From positions 49,916 to 113,915 of the forward strand of contig SVEH01000004.1 of NCBI GenBank assembly GCA_015057455.1: a stretch of 64,000 nt of DNA, given 5' to 3'. This DNA is from Lachnospiraceae bacterium (GTDB taxonomy: Bacteria > Bacillota > Clostridia > Lachnospirales > Lachnospiraceae). The notes beneath the pieces were generated by a model that made no database searches, was not told the origin of the DNA, and saw only the letters and a list, made by a program, of their open reading frames with translations. Shown piece by piece: positions 32,224 to 40,716 of the stretch. Position 1 is the stretch's first letter. The number at the start of each line of letters is the position of its first letter. Both the position numbers and the translations under genes were made by a program.

Positions 32224-32276
32224 ACCTCCGATATATAATTCGTGGTATTGTAAAAATCACGTTATATATTGGAGGT
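32224..32276 (+). promoter_or_regulatory. Hairpin that sequesters the SD of the HD-GYP gene (also a possible terminator of the upstream gene)
   Basis: acctccgatatataa (32224-32238) pairs with ttatatattggaggt (32262-32276, one G-U). Inner cgtg/cacg pairs. GGAGG at 32271-32275 is the RBS for TTG 32283. Confidence 0.4.
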
Positions 32277-32282
32277 ATTGTT

Positions 32283-33974
32283 TTGGTTACGATATATTAT
32301 TTATTAGTTACTGTAATTGCATTTTATGTAATGTTAAAGTTTTTTTTACAAAATCAAAAAGTAGATTCACGATATGCAATGTTGAGCTTTTTGATAATGG
32401 TAAATTGTCTGGGACGATTTTCATTAGCAATATCCCAAACTGAGGAAATGGCATTGTATTCAACAAAGTTAATGTATATAGGAAGTACATATGCGTTGTT
32501 AGTTACGCTTTCAGTAGTTGAAAGATTGTGTCAGTTTAAAATTTCCAAAATAGTAAAGGCAAGTTTATTGGTATTTTCATCAACAATTATAGGACTTGTT
32601 TTAACTGTTGAAAAACATGATTTATATTATAAAAGTGTGCGACTTGTAAAAGCAAATGGATATAATTATTTAGAAAAAGAGTATGGCCCATGTCATATGT
32701 TAAATCCTATGTGGTCAATATTTATAACAGTTCTTATGTTAGGTACTCTAATATATGCATATAGAAATAATAAAAGTATATCGTATAGGTTGGTTCGTGT
32801 TATAGGAATATTAGTTTCTATTCCTATGATTGCGTATATTGCTGAAAAGATATTTAGGCCATCAGTAAGTTTTGTTGTAATAGGTTATTTAATAATAATA
32901 ATACAACTAAATAGATTGTATACAAGAGTATACACATATGATATAACTGCTAATATTATTTATTCTATTGAAAGAATGAAGGAATATGGTTATATGTTGT
33001 TTGATGAAAAGGATAGATATGTAGGAGCAAATGAATATGCAAAAGAATTATTTCCAGAAATATGTATATGGGCAATAGATGAAACACCAAAAAATAGAGA
33101 TACTTATCTTTATAGAGAAGTGGTTGAATATTGCTTGAATTATAAAGGAGACAAATTTGAGCCAAAAACAATTGAAGTTGGAGAAAATTATTTTGAAGTG
33201 CAATGTACGGAGTTGTTAGGTAAGAGAAATAAAAGTCTTGGACATGTATTAGAATTTGTTAATAGAACTGCAGAGAAAAAGTATCTTAATGCTATGATGG
33301 ATTATAGTATTATGTTAGAGCAAGAAGTTACAGAGAAAACGGAAGATATATTGCATGTAAAAGATATGTTGGTATTAGGAATGGCTGATTTACTTGAAAA
33401 TAGAGATGTTAGTACAGGTGGACATATAAAGAGAACAAGTTCAATAGTAAAGATATTTGGGAAAAAACTAATAGAACATGCTGAAGATTTTGGCATAACA
33501 GAATTATTTTTAAAGAGAGTTGAAAAAGCTGCACCGATGCATGACATTGGAAAGATTGCAATTGATGATAAAGTACTTCGCAAACAAGGTAAATATACAG
33601 ATGAAGAATTTGAAATAATGAAAAGGCATACTGTTGAAGGCGGACGAATTATAGAACAGATTATGAAAGATGTTGAAGATGAAAAGGTATATAAGATAAT
33701 ACGAAATGTAGCTGCTTATCATCATGAAAAATGGAATGGAACAGGTTATCCAGAAGGTTTAAAAGGTACAGATATTCCATTAGAGGCAAGAATTATGGCA
33801 TTAGCAGATGTATTTGATGCATTAGTAAGTAAAAGATGTTATAAAGATGCTTTTTCATATGATAAGGCATTTAATATTATTGAAGAATCATTGGGACAAC
33901 ATTTTGATCCAGATTTAGGTAAACTATTCTTAGAATGTAGACCAGAATTAGAGGAATTATACGATAAACAATAA
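32283..33974 (+). CDS. HD-GYP domain c-di-GMP phosphodiesterase with polytopic membrane N-terminal domain
   Basis: About 6-7 TMs, then the HD domain (APMHDIGKIAIDD) and HHEKWNGTGYPEGL (GYP motif). Confidence 0.85.
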   Translation: MVTIYYLLVTVIAFYVMLKFFLQNQKVDSRYAMLSFLIMVNCLGRFSLAISQTEEMALYSTKLMYIGSTYALLVTLSVVERLCQFKISKIVKASLLVFSSTIIGLVLTVEKHDLYYKSVRLVKANGYNYLEKEYGPCHMLNPMWSIFITVLMLGTLIYAYRNNKSISYRLVRVIGILVSIPMIAYIAEKIFRPSVSFVVIGYLIIIIQLNRLYTRVYTYDITANIIYSIERMKEYGYMLFDEKDRYVGANEYAKELFPEICIWAIDETPKNRDTYLYREVVEYCLNYKGDKFEPKTIEVGENYFEVQCTELLGKRNKSLGHVLEFVNRTAEKKYLNAMMDYSIMLEQEVTEKTEDILHVKDMLVLGMADLLENRDVSTGGHIKRTSSIVKIFGKKLIEHAEDFGITELFLKRVEKAAPMHDIGKIAIDDKVLRKQGKYTDEEFEIMKRHTVEGGRIIEQIMKDVEDEKVYKIIRNVAAYHHEKWNGTGYPEGLKGTDIPLEARIMALADVFDALVSKRCYKDAFSYDKAFNIIEESLGQHFDPDLGKLFLECRPELEELYDKQ

Positions 33975-34024
33975 TTTGAGCTTCGCTCAAATTGGGTGAT
34001 TTTAGGCTCCGCACAAGTGGAGTC
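33973..34024 (+). repeat. Solo end of the MITE-like family (left-end type), acting as a likely terminator
   Basis: aatttgagcttcgctcaaatt (33973-33993) then gggtgattttaggctccgcacaagtggagtc. Colinear with the left end of 47263-47712. Second hairpin ggctcc/ggagtc at 34005-34024. Confidence 0.5.
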
Positions 34025-34050
34025 TATTATTATAAAGGAGAGAATGGGAT

Positions 34051-34704
34051 ATGTTTATTACAAAATTTAAGATGGCAAATTTAGTGACTTATATGGGCGT
34101 TGTTTCATCTGTTTTTGCAATATATTATGCATATATGTATGAGACTAAATGGGCATATATTTGTTTGATTATATCAGGTGTTTGTGATATGTTAGATGGA
34201 ATGTTTGCAAGGAGATTTAAGAGGACTGATGAAGAAAGAGAAATTGGTATACAAATGGACTCATTGTGCGATGTTGCTAGTTTTCTTATAGTGCCAATTG
34301 CTATTTATATATCTATGGGATTAGACCAATGGTTTAGTTTTATATTTTATGCAGTTTATATAGTGTGTGGTATTACAAGATTAGGTTATTTTAATGTATA
34401 TGCGAATGAACATAAGGGAGAAGTATTAAAAGTATATAGAGGATTAGCTGTGACTTATGCAAGTCTTATATATCCTGTAAGTTTAATTGTGATTCATCTG
34501 TTGAATACATATATATTAAAGCCAAGTAGCATGCCTTTATATTCTCAAACATGTTTGATATATGCATTACATTTGGCAATTATGTTAAGTATGTCTTTAT
34601 TGTTTATGTTAGATATACCTATACCAAAGCCAGGAAAGAAAGGATATATTTTCTATGCAGTTTTAGCTATTGTGGCAATAGGAACTATAGTAATTCTTTT
34701 CTAG
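34051..34704 (+). CDS. pssA: CDP-alcohol phosphatidyltransferase (phosphatidylserine synthase-like)
   Basis: Motif D-x2-DG-x2-AR...G-x3-D-x3-D: CDMLDGMFARR...GIQMDSLCDVASF. Multi-TM, 217 aa. Confidence 0.75.
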   Translation: MFITKFKMANLVTYMGVVSSVFAIYYAYMYETKWAYICLIISGVCDMLDGMFARRFKRTDEEREIGIQMDSLCDVASFLIVPIAIYISMGLDQWFSFIFYAVYIVCGITRLGYFNVYANEHKGEVLKVYRGLAVTYASLIYPVSLIVIHLLNTYILKPSSMPLYSQTCLIYALHLAIMLSMSLLFMLDIPIPKPGKKGYIFYAVLAIVAIGTIVILF

Positions 34705-34932
34705 CAGTTATATGATATATAAATTAAATTGCAAGAGTTAATAATTGTTGGAGTTAATGAATTAAGGACAGCTGGAAAAATAAATGTGGAAAGCAGGGCT
34801 TAATTGTAATTATACAGGTAAATATGAAAAGCATGGTTAATAATATTGATTTTTTACTCTTAAAGTGGTATAGTAAGAAAGGTTGTTTTTCTTGCAACCT
34901 TTCTAGAAATTTTAGTTTTATGGAGGAACGTA

Positions 34933-37900
34933 ATGAAGCTTAAGGGTAAAAGAATAGCAGGTATAGTAATATCTGCGGTGGTAGTAAGTGGATGCGTAAT
35001 GGGACATATGACTAGTCAAGAAGTGTCAGCGTCTAAAGCATCAGATGTTAATAGGGAATTATCGATACAAGAAAGATTTCAGGGAGTAAGAAAAGAGGTA
35101 CATACCTCAGATAGTAACAAGGAGTATGAGGAAGTAAGGGTAGTGGTTAATCTAAAGTCTGATTCAGTTGCAGAGAAGACAAATGATGCAATATCTGATT
35201 ATAATTCTGAATTAAAATCCAAAGAAGACAAAATATTAAATAAACAAGATGAAGTAATTAAGAAAGCAGAGGAGATTACAGGCAATAAAGTTGTAAATCG
35301 CTCAGCGTATTTAGTTAACTCATTTTCAATTGATACAACAAGAGAGAAAATGGACGATTTAGAAGAATTAGATGGTGTAGATTGTGTATATGAATCTAGT
35401 ACATATACAGTTCATATGGATAAAGCATTAGATGATGCATCTGTGGAAGAAGAATGGAATGACAATAACTATGGTTACACTGGTGAAGGAACAATAGTTG
35501 CTGTATTAGATACAGGTGTTAATTATGAACATAAGGATATGGTACTAGGTACTGGTGTTAAAACTAAGTATAGTGCCAATGAATGGAAAGAAAAAATACA
35601 GTTATTAGGTTACGGTGCGTATAAGACAGACAAAGTTCCATTTGCATATAATTATGCTACTGGCGAGAATGATTGTCTTGCTGATGGTGGTAATTTTATA
35701 TCAAAGTTACTTTCATCACCATTTCATGGTTATCATGTTGCAGGTATTGCAACTGCTAATGGTGAAATTAAGGGTGTAGCTAAGAACGCCCAAGTATTAG
35801 GAATGAAAGTTATTGGAGATAACAATTCAAATAGTACAATTGACGGAATAATAAAGGCTATTGAAGATGCTGTAAAACTTGGTGCAGATGTTATTAATAT
35901 GAGTTTAGGTATTAATAGTGTAGCTGTTAATGATTCTGAATTATTACAAAAGACTGTTACAGAGGCAACTAATGCAGGTGTAGTTTGTTGTATATCTGCA
36001 GCTAACTCAGGTACTAGTTCATCTCAAAGCGGTGGAGCAACTAATGAATTAGATAGAAAAGATACTTCTACAGTACATACGCCAGCAGTAACAAAGTCAG
36101 CATTAACAATTGCTGCATCAACAAATGAGAAAAAAAATGAAAAGATTGGTATGGCATCATTTTCATCATGGGGACCATCAAATGAACTTGATATTAAGCC
36201 TGAACTTACAGCGCCAGGTCAAGATATAAAGGCAACATTAGATGGAATAGATAAATATTCTACAATGAGTGGAACATCTATGGCATCTCCATTTGCAGCA
36301 GGATGTAGTGCAGTATTAGTTGAAGCTACTAGAGCAAAGAATCTTGGATTAACTCCAAATGAATTAAGTTTATATTTAAAAAATAACTTAATGAATACAG
36401 CTAAAGTAGTTACTGATAGCTATAAGAATCCATATTCTGTTAGATATCAAGGAGCAGGACTTGTAAATATATACGATGCAGTTAAGAATAATGTAATTGC
36501 AACATGTAACGGTAATGCTAAAGTTGAGTTAAGAGAAATTAATAATAATATAACAAATACATTTAAAATTACGCTTAAGAATTATGGTTCAACAGATACA
36601 ACTTATAATTTAAGTGAAGCTCAAATTTATACAGATTATACTAAGAATACAGGTTTTATACATCAATATAGAGTAGTTCCAGTAGATGGTGCAAAGGTAA
36701 CATTTAATACAAATAAAGTTACAGTACCAGCAAATGGAAGTATTGATGTTACTGGAACAGTACAATTAGGTTCAAAATTTGAAACAAATCAATATGTAGA
36801 AGCTTTTATTAAGTTTACTGGAGAAAATGCAGTAGATTTAGGTCTTCCATTATTAGCATTCTATGGTGATTGGTCAGCTGAGTCAGCTATAGATGCACCA
36901 GTTTATGAGAATGGTAATAGATTAATTCAGGTTGCAGATGGTACAGGTTTAACTGAAGTTTACAATGGTACAAGTGATCATTATTACGGAAGAAAATATA
37001 AACTTGTAGATAAGAAGAGAACTGCATTAAACAGAAATAATACTAACGAGATAGAAGAAAGATTACAAAAAGAAGCCGCTAATGTAGATATGGATGATTT
37101 GTCGGAAGAGCAAGTAGATGAAATTGTTAAATCTATAGGCGATATTATAAAAGATGATGAAAATGAAGACAAAGAAGGATTTTTATCTAAATTAAAAGAT
37201 TTAATATTAAAGGGTGTATTTATTAATGAAAATGAAGAACATACATTAAAAAATATACTTGGAGGATATAGCGCAGTTGTATATAAATCTAAATTTGACG
37301 GATATTTAAATATTAATGCTAATGTACCTTTTTCAAATATGTCAGTTGTTAAAGTAAATGCATTTTTATTAGGATATAGCAATGTATTAGAAAGTAACGT
37401 TATAGGTAACTTTAACAAGAATATAGCTGTAGATAAAGGTGCTATGTATGTATTTATCTTTAATAAGTTATATGATTATGATAGTAGCGAAGAATTTGGA
37501 AGAATTACAGTGAAACAAGCTAATAGTGCTACAACACAAGAGATTGAAACTTATTTTGATAAGAATGAAGTTGCATTTTCACCTAATAAAGATGGAATTG
37601 GAGATGAAGTAATTCCATGTGCTATTAATTTAAGAAGTGCAAAAGAAACTGCTATATATGTAGTAGATAGCAATAACAATAAAGTAAGAGAACTTGGTAC
37701 AAATATACCAACAGCGAAGTATTTTTATAGTGCTGGTGCTAATAATGCATTATTAGGTAACGCACAACCATTTTTATATGATTTCATGAGAACTGATTTT
37801 GTAAAATGGGATGGTATGTTATATGATGGACAATCTGGCAAATATGTCAAAGCACCAGAAGGCCAATATTATATTCAAATAGAATCAAAGATTAAAAGTG

Positions 37901-38238
37901 ATTCTATGCCACAAGTTGTAAAAATGCCAATAAAAGTTGATTATGAAAAACCAACTTTAAAATCATTTAGTGTAACAAAAGAAGGTACTAATACAATTAT
38001 GACATTTAGTGCAAGTGATAATGTAGGAATTTCACCACACTATTATGTAGATATTGATGTGAAACAAGGAAATGATTCAAAGAATATTACATTTAGCCAA
38101 TTATATGTTGAAACTGAAACTAACAGTAAGGGCGAATATGTTCTAAACCTTGGAAACATCGGCGAAAGCAATATTACATGCATGATTGAAGACCAAGCAG
38201 GAAATCAAATAATGTCTACAACAGTAAGCAATAAATAA
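34933..38238 (+). CDS. Cell-envelope subtilisin-family (S8) serine protease, probable lipoprotein
   Basis: Catalytic triad contexts VAVLDTGVN (Asp), HGYHVAGIA (His), SGTSMASPF (Ser). Lipobox-like VVSGC. 1101 aa with C-terminal beta-rich domains. Confidence 0.9.
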   Translation: MKLKGKRIAGIVISAVVVSGCVMGHMTSQEVSASKASDVNRELSIQERFQGVRKEVHTSDSNKEYEEVRVVVNLKSDSVAEKTNDAISDYNSELKSKEDKILNKQDEVIKKAEEITGNKVVNRSAYLVNSFSIDTTREKMDDLEELDGVDCVYESSTYTVHMDKALDDASVEEEWNDNNYGYTGEGTIVAVLDTGVNYEHKDMVLGTGVKTKYSANEWKEKIQLLGYGAYKTDKVPFAYNYATGENDCLADGGNFISKLLSSPFHGYHVAGIATANGEIKGVAKNAQVLGMKVIGDNNSNSTIDGIIKAIEDAVKLGADVINMSLGINSVAVNDSELLQKTVTEATNAGVVCCISAANSGTSSSQSGGATNELDRKDTSTVHTPAVTKSALTIAASTNEKKNEKIGMASFSSWGPSNELDIKPELTAPGQDIKATLDGIDKYSTMSGTSMASPFAAGCSAVLVEATRAKNLGLTPNELSLYLKNNLMNTAKVVTDSYKNPYSVRYQGAGLVNIYDAVKNNVIATCNGNAKVELREINNNITNTFKITLKNYGSTDTTYNLSEAQIYTDYTKNTGFIHQYRVVPVDGAKVTFNTNKVTVPANGSIDVTGTVQLGSKFETNQYVEAFIKFTGENAVDLGLPLLAFYGDWSAESAIDAPVYENGNRLIQVADGTGLTEVYNGTSDHYYGRKYKLVDKKRTALNRNNTNEIEERLQKEAANVDMDDLSEEQVDEIVKSIGDIIKDDENEDKEGFLSKLKDLILKGVFINENEEHTLKNILGGYSAVVYKSKFDGYLNINANVPFSNMSVVKVNAFLLGYSNVLESNVIGNFNKNIAVDKGAMYVFIFNKLYDYDSSEEFGRITVKQANSATTQEIETYFDKNEVAFSPNKDGIGDEVIPCAINLRSAKETAIYVVDSNNNKVRELGTNIPTAKYFYSAGANNALLGNAQPFLYDFMRTDFVKWDGMLYDGQSGKYVKAPEGQYYIQIESKIKSDSMPQVVKMPIKVDYEKPTLKSFSVTKEGTNTIMTFSASDNVGISPHYYVDIDVKQGNDSKNITFSQLYVETETNSKGEYVLNLGNIGESNITCMIEDQAGNQIMSTTVSNK

Positions 38239-38362
38239 ATGTAATATATGTAAGTATTTTCTAGTATTTTACTTGTTACAGCAGAATTAATAATAATTAA
38301 CATAAATTTAATTGCCTAATAGGTGATTTTCATTTAAATTATGATATGTTGCGTAAAGGATA

Positions 38363-38396
38363 AAAAGCTAACATTATGAAAGTAATGTTAGCTTTT
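38363..38396 (+). terminator. Rho-independent terminator
   Basis: aaaagctaacatta / taatgttagctttt 14-bp perfect stem, 6-nt loop, followed by tatta. Confidence 0.8.
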
Positions 38397-38401
38397 TATT
38401 A

Positions 38402-38444
38402 TAGGGAGCTGAAGATGACTTGTCATCTTTGTTATAATACTTAG
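38402..38444 (+). promoter_or_regulatory. Conserved 32-nt leader motif (SD + ATG + palindrome), copy A; overlaps an extended -10
   Basis: tagggagctgaagatgacttgtcatctttgtt equals 57001-57032 with 1 mismatch. Palindrome aagatgac-tt-gtcatctt. TGtTATAAT at 38430-38438. Mini-ORF ATG 38415 to TAG 38444 (MTCHLCYNT). Confidence 0.4.
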
Positions 38445-38463
38445 GTAATGAAAGAGGAAACTA

Positions 38464-40644
38464 GTGAAAGGGATTAAAATATTTAATAAGAAAATAACTC
38501 AAGCATCGATATTTGGTTATTTGAGTATGGGTATTGTTGCAATAATAATTGCATTAGTTATTGTATTTTCATATTGGCAGATAGATAATCAGTTTTGTAA
38601 GGAACGATTAAATACTATCTCAGTCGTGTCAGAAAAAATCACCCACAATATATATAATAAATTTCAATATGTAAAATCAAACTTAATGTTTGCAATAAGT
38701 TATTTAGACGTAATGGAAGAAGCTAAACATGAACATATAAATAGTAGAATATTAGATACTGAAGATGCATTGGGATATACAAAAAATGATGGAATAGTAT
38801 TTTTATTTGATGATAAAGGATTTTACTATGGTAATCAAGGGAAACTAGGAAAATGGGCAGATCAGGATTTTCTTCAACTTAATTCAAAGGGAAGTATAAC
38901 TATAAACAATCTACCGACCTATGGTGAGGAAGATTATTTATTGTTTTTCTATAAGTTTAAGAAACCACATATGATGGATGGTATTAAAGTAACCCATATA
39001 GCACTTGCTAGAAAAATGTCAATATTGGATTTTGATTTAGACATAGGAAAGTATGGTGATGTGGATAATTCTTATGTCATTAAAAAGAATGGTGTAGGTG
39101 TATATAGTCAATCTAAGAATGAGGTTTTTGTAAATGTATATAATATTTTAACTGCATTAGAAGAGGCAGAGTTTGATCATGGTGACTCGTATAGTGACAT
39201 AAAAACAAATATAAAAAATAATAAGTCTGGTTCTACACATATTAAATATAAGGGTAGTGAGTATATGATTGCATATCAGCCAATAGGTATAGAAGATTGG
39301 TATGCATTGTATATTGTTTGTCATGATACTATGAGTACTAGTACACGAGAATTTATAGTGCAAACAGTAGTTATAGTATGTGTAGCAGCAAGTATTTTGT
39401 TGTTAGTATTTATAGTTGTATTATTGTTAAATAATAAGGAGTGGCGAAAAAAAGAGAATATAATAAGGGAAAAGTTGCGCATCGCTGCAGAAGAGAGTAA
39501 GAAAGCGAATATGGCAAAAAGCGAGTTTTTATCACATATGTCTCATGATATAAGAACACCTGTTAATGGTATAGTTGGAATGACTCATATAGCCAAGAAG
39601 AATTTGCATGATAATGTGCAAGTAGGTGAATGTCTAAGCAAAATAAGCAATTGTTCTAAACATTTAGTTCTTTTAATAAATGATGTATTGGACATGTCAC
39701 GAATTGAAAGTGGTGCATTGACTTTGAAAAATGAGGCATTTTCTATTGAACAGACACTTAAGGAGTGTTCAGATGTAATAGAAGGAAGATTATATGACAG
39801 AAAGGTTAATTATATACCACAATTTGAAGGTATAAGCTCTGAATATATAGAAGGTGATGAGAATTATCTTAAGCAAATATTGATAAATATATTAGGTAAT
39901 GCAGTAAAATTTACACCAGATGGAGGGACTATAAGTTTTAAAGTTACAAGAGAAGAGACAAAGGATAATAAATCTCTTTACAAATTTGTTATATCTGACA
40001 CAGGTATAGGAATGAGTGAAGCATTTTTAAAGAATATATTTGAACCATTTGCACAAGAAGAAGATGGAGCACGTACTAGATACAAGGGAACAGGACTAGG
40101 AATGGCTATTGTTAAAAAATTAATTGATAAAATGAATGGGAATATTTCAGTTACTAGTGTAAGGGATAAAGGAAGTACTTTTACATTTCAAATTCCATTT
40201 AATAAAGCAAATAAGGTTGAAGAGGTTATAGTAGAAGAAGAGACTCAAGAAATAAAAATAGATGGAAAAGTATTACTTGTTGAAGATAATGACCTAAATA
40301 GGGAAATTGCAGAATTCCTATTAGAAGATTATGGTATTGAGTATGATTCTGTGGAAGATGGAAGTAAGGCAGTGGAGCTATTTGCTGATTCAGAGATTGG
40401 TGAGTATAAAGCTATATTAATGGATATTAGGATGCCTATAATGAATGGTTATGAGGCAACAAAGACAATTCGTAGTATGGATAGAGAGGATGCTGATTCT
40501 GTAGTTATTATAGCTATGACAGCCGATGCATATGCAGAGGACGAGAAGCGTTCTATGAGTAATGGTATGAATGGACATATATCTAAACCAATAGATATGA
40601 ATAAGTTTATAAATACCATGAAGCTTTGCACAGAAAGTGCATAA
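38464..40644 (+). CDS. Hybrid sensor histidine kinase/response regulator with extracytoplasmic sensor domain
   Basis: Two TMs around an extracytoplasmic domain of about 270 aa. H-box SHMSHDIRTP, N-box INILGNAVKFT, DTGIGM, GTGLGMAIV. C-terminal REC (VLLVEDNDLN, ILMDIRMP). GTG start after AAGAGG. Confidence 0.9.
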   Translation: MKGIKIFNKKITQASIFGYLSMGIVAIIIALVIVFSYWQIDNQFCKERLNTISVVSEKITHNIYNKFQYVKSNLMFAISYLDVMEEAKHEHINSRILDTEDALGYTKNDGIVFLFDDKGFYYGNQGKLGKWADQDFLQLNSKGSITINNLPTYGEEDYLLFFYKFKKPHMMDGIKVTHIALARKMSILDFDLDIGKYGDVDNSYVIKKNGVGVYSQSKNEVFVNVYNILTALEEAEFDHGDSYSDIKTNIKNNKSGSTHIKYKGSEYMIAYQPIGIEDWYALYIVCHDTMSTSTREFIVQTVVIVCVAASILLLVFIVVLLLNNKEWRKKENIIREKLRIAAEESKKANMAKSEFLSHMSHDIRTPVNGIVGMTHIAKKNLHDNVQVGECLSKISNCSKHLVLLINDVLDMSRIESGALTLKNEAFSIEQTLKECSDVIEGRLYDRKVNYIPQFEGISSEYIEGDENYLKQILINILGNAVKFTPDGGTISFKVTREETKDNKSLYKFVISDTGIGMSEAFLKNIFEPFAQEEDGARTRYKGTGLGMAIVKKLIDKMNGNISVTSVRDKGSTFTFQIPFNKANKVEEVIVEEETQEIKIDGKVLLVEDNDLNREIAEFLLEDYGIEYDSVEDGSKAVELFADSEIGEYKAILMDIRMPIMNGYEATKTIRSMDREDADSVVIIAMTADAYAEDEKRSMSNGMNGHISKPIDMNKFINTMKLCTESA

Positions 40645-40716
40645 AAATATGAGAAATATAATGGTGGGGATAGAAATAGAAAAAATTAAATAATTAATGA
40701 AAGGGTAGTAAGTGTA

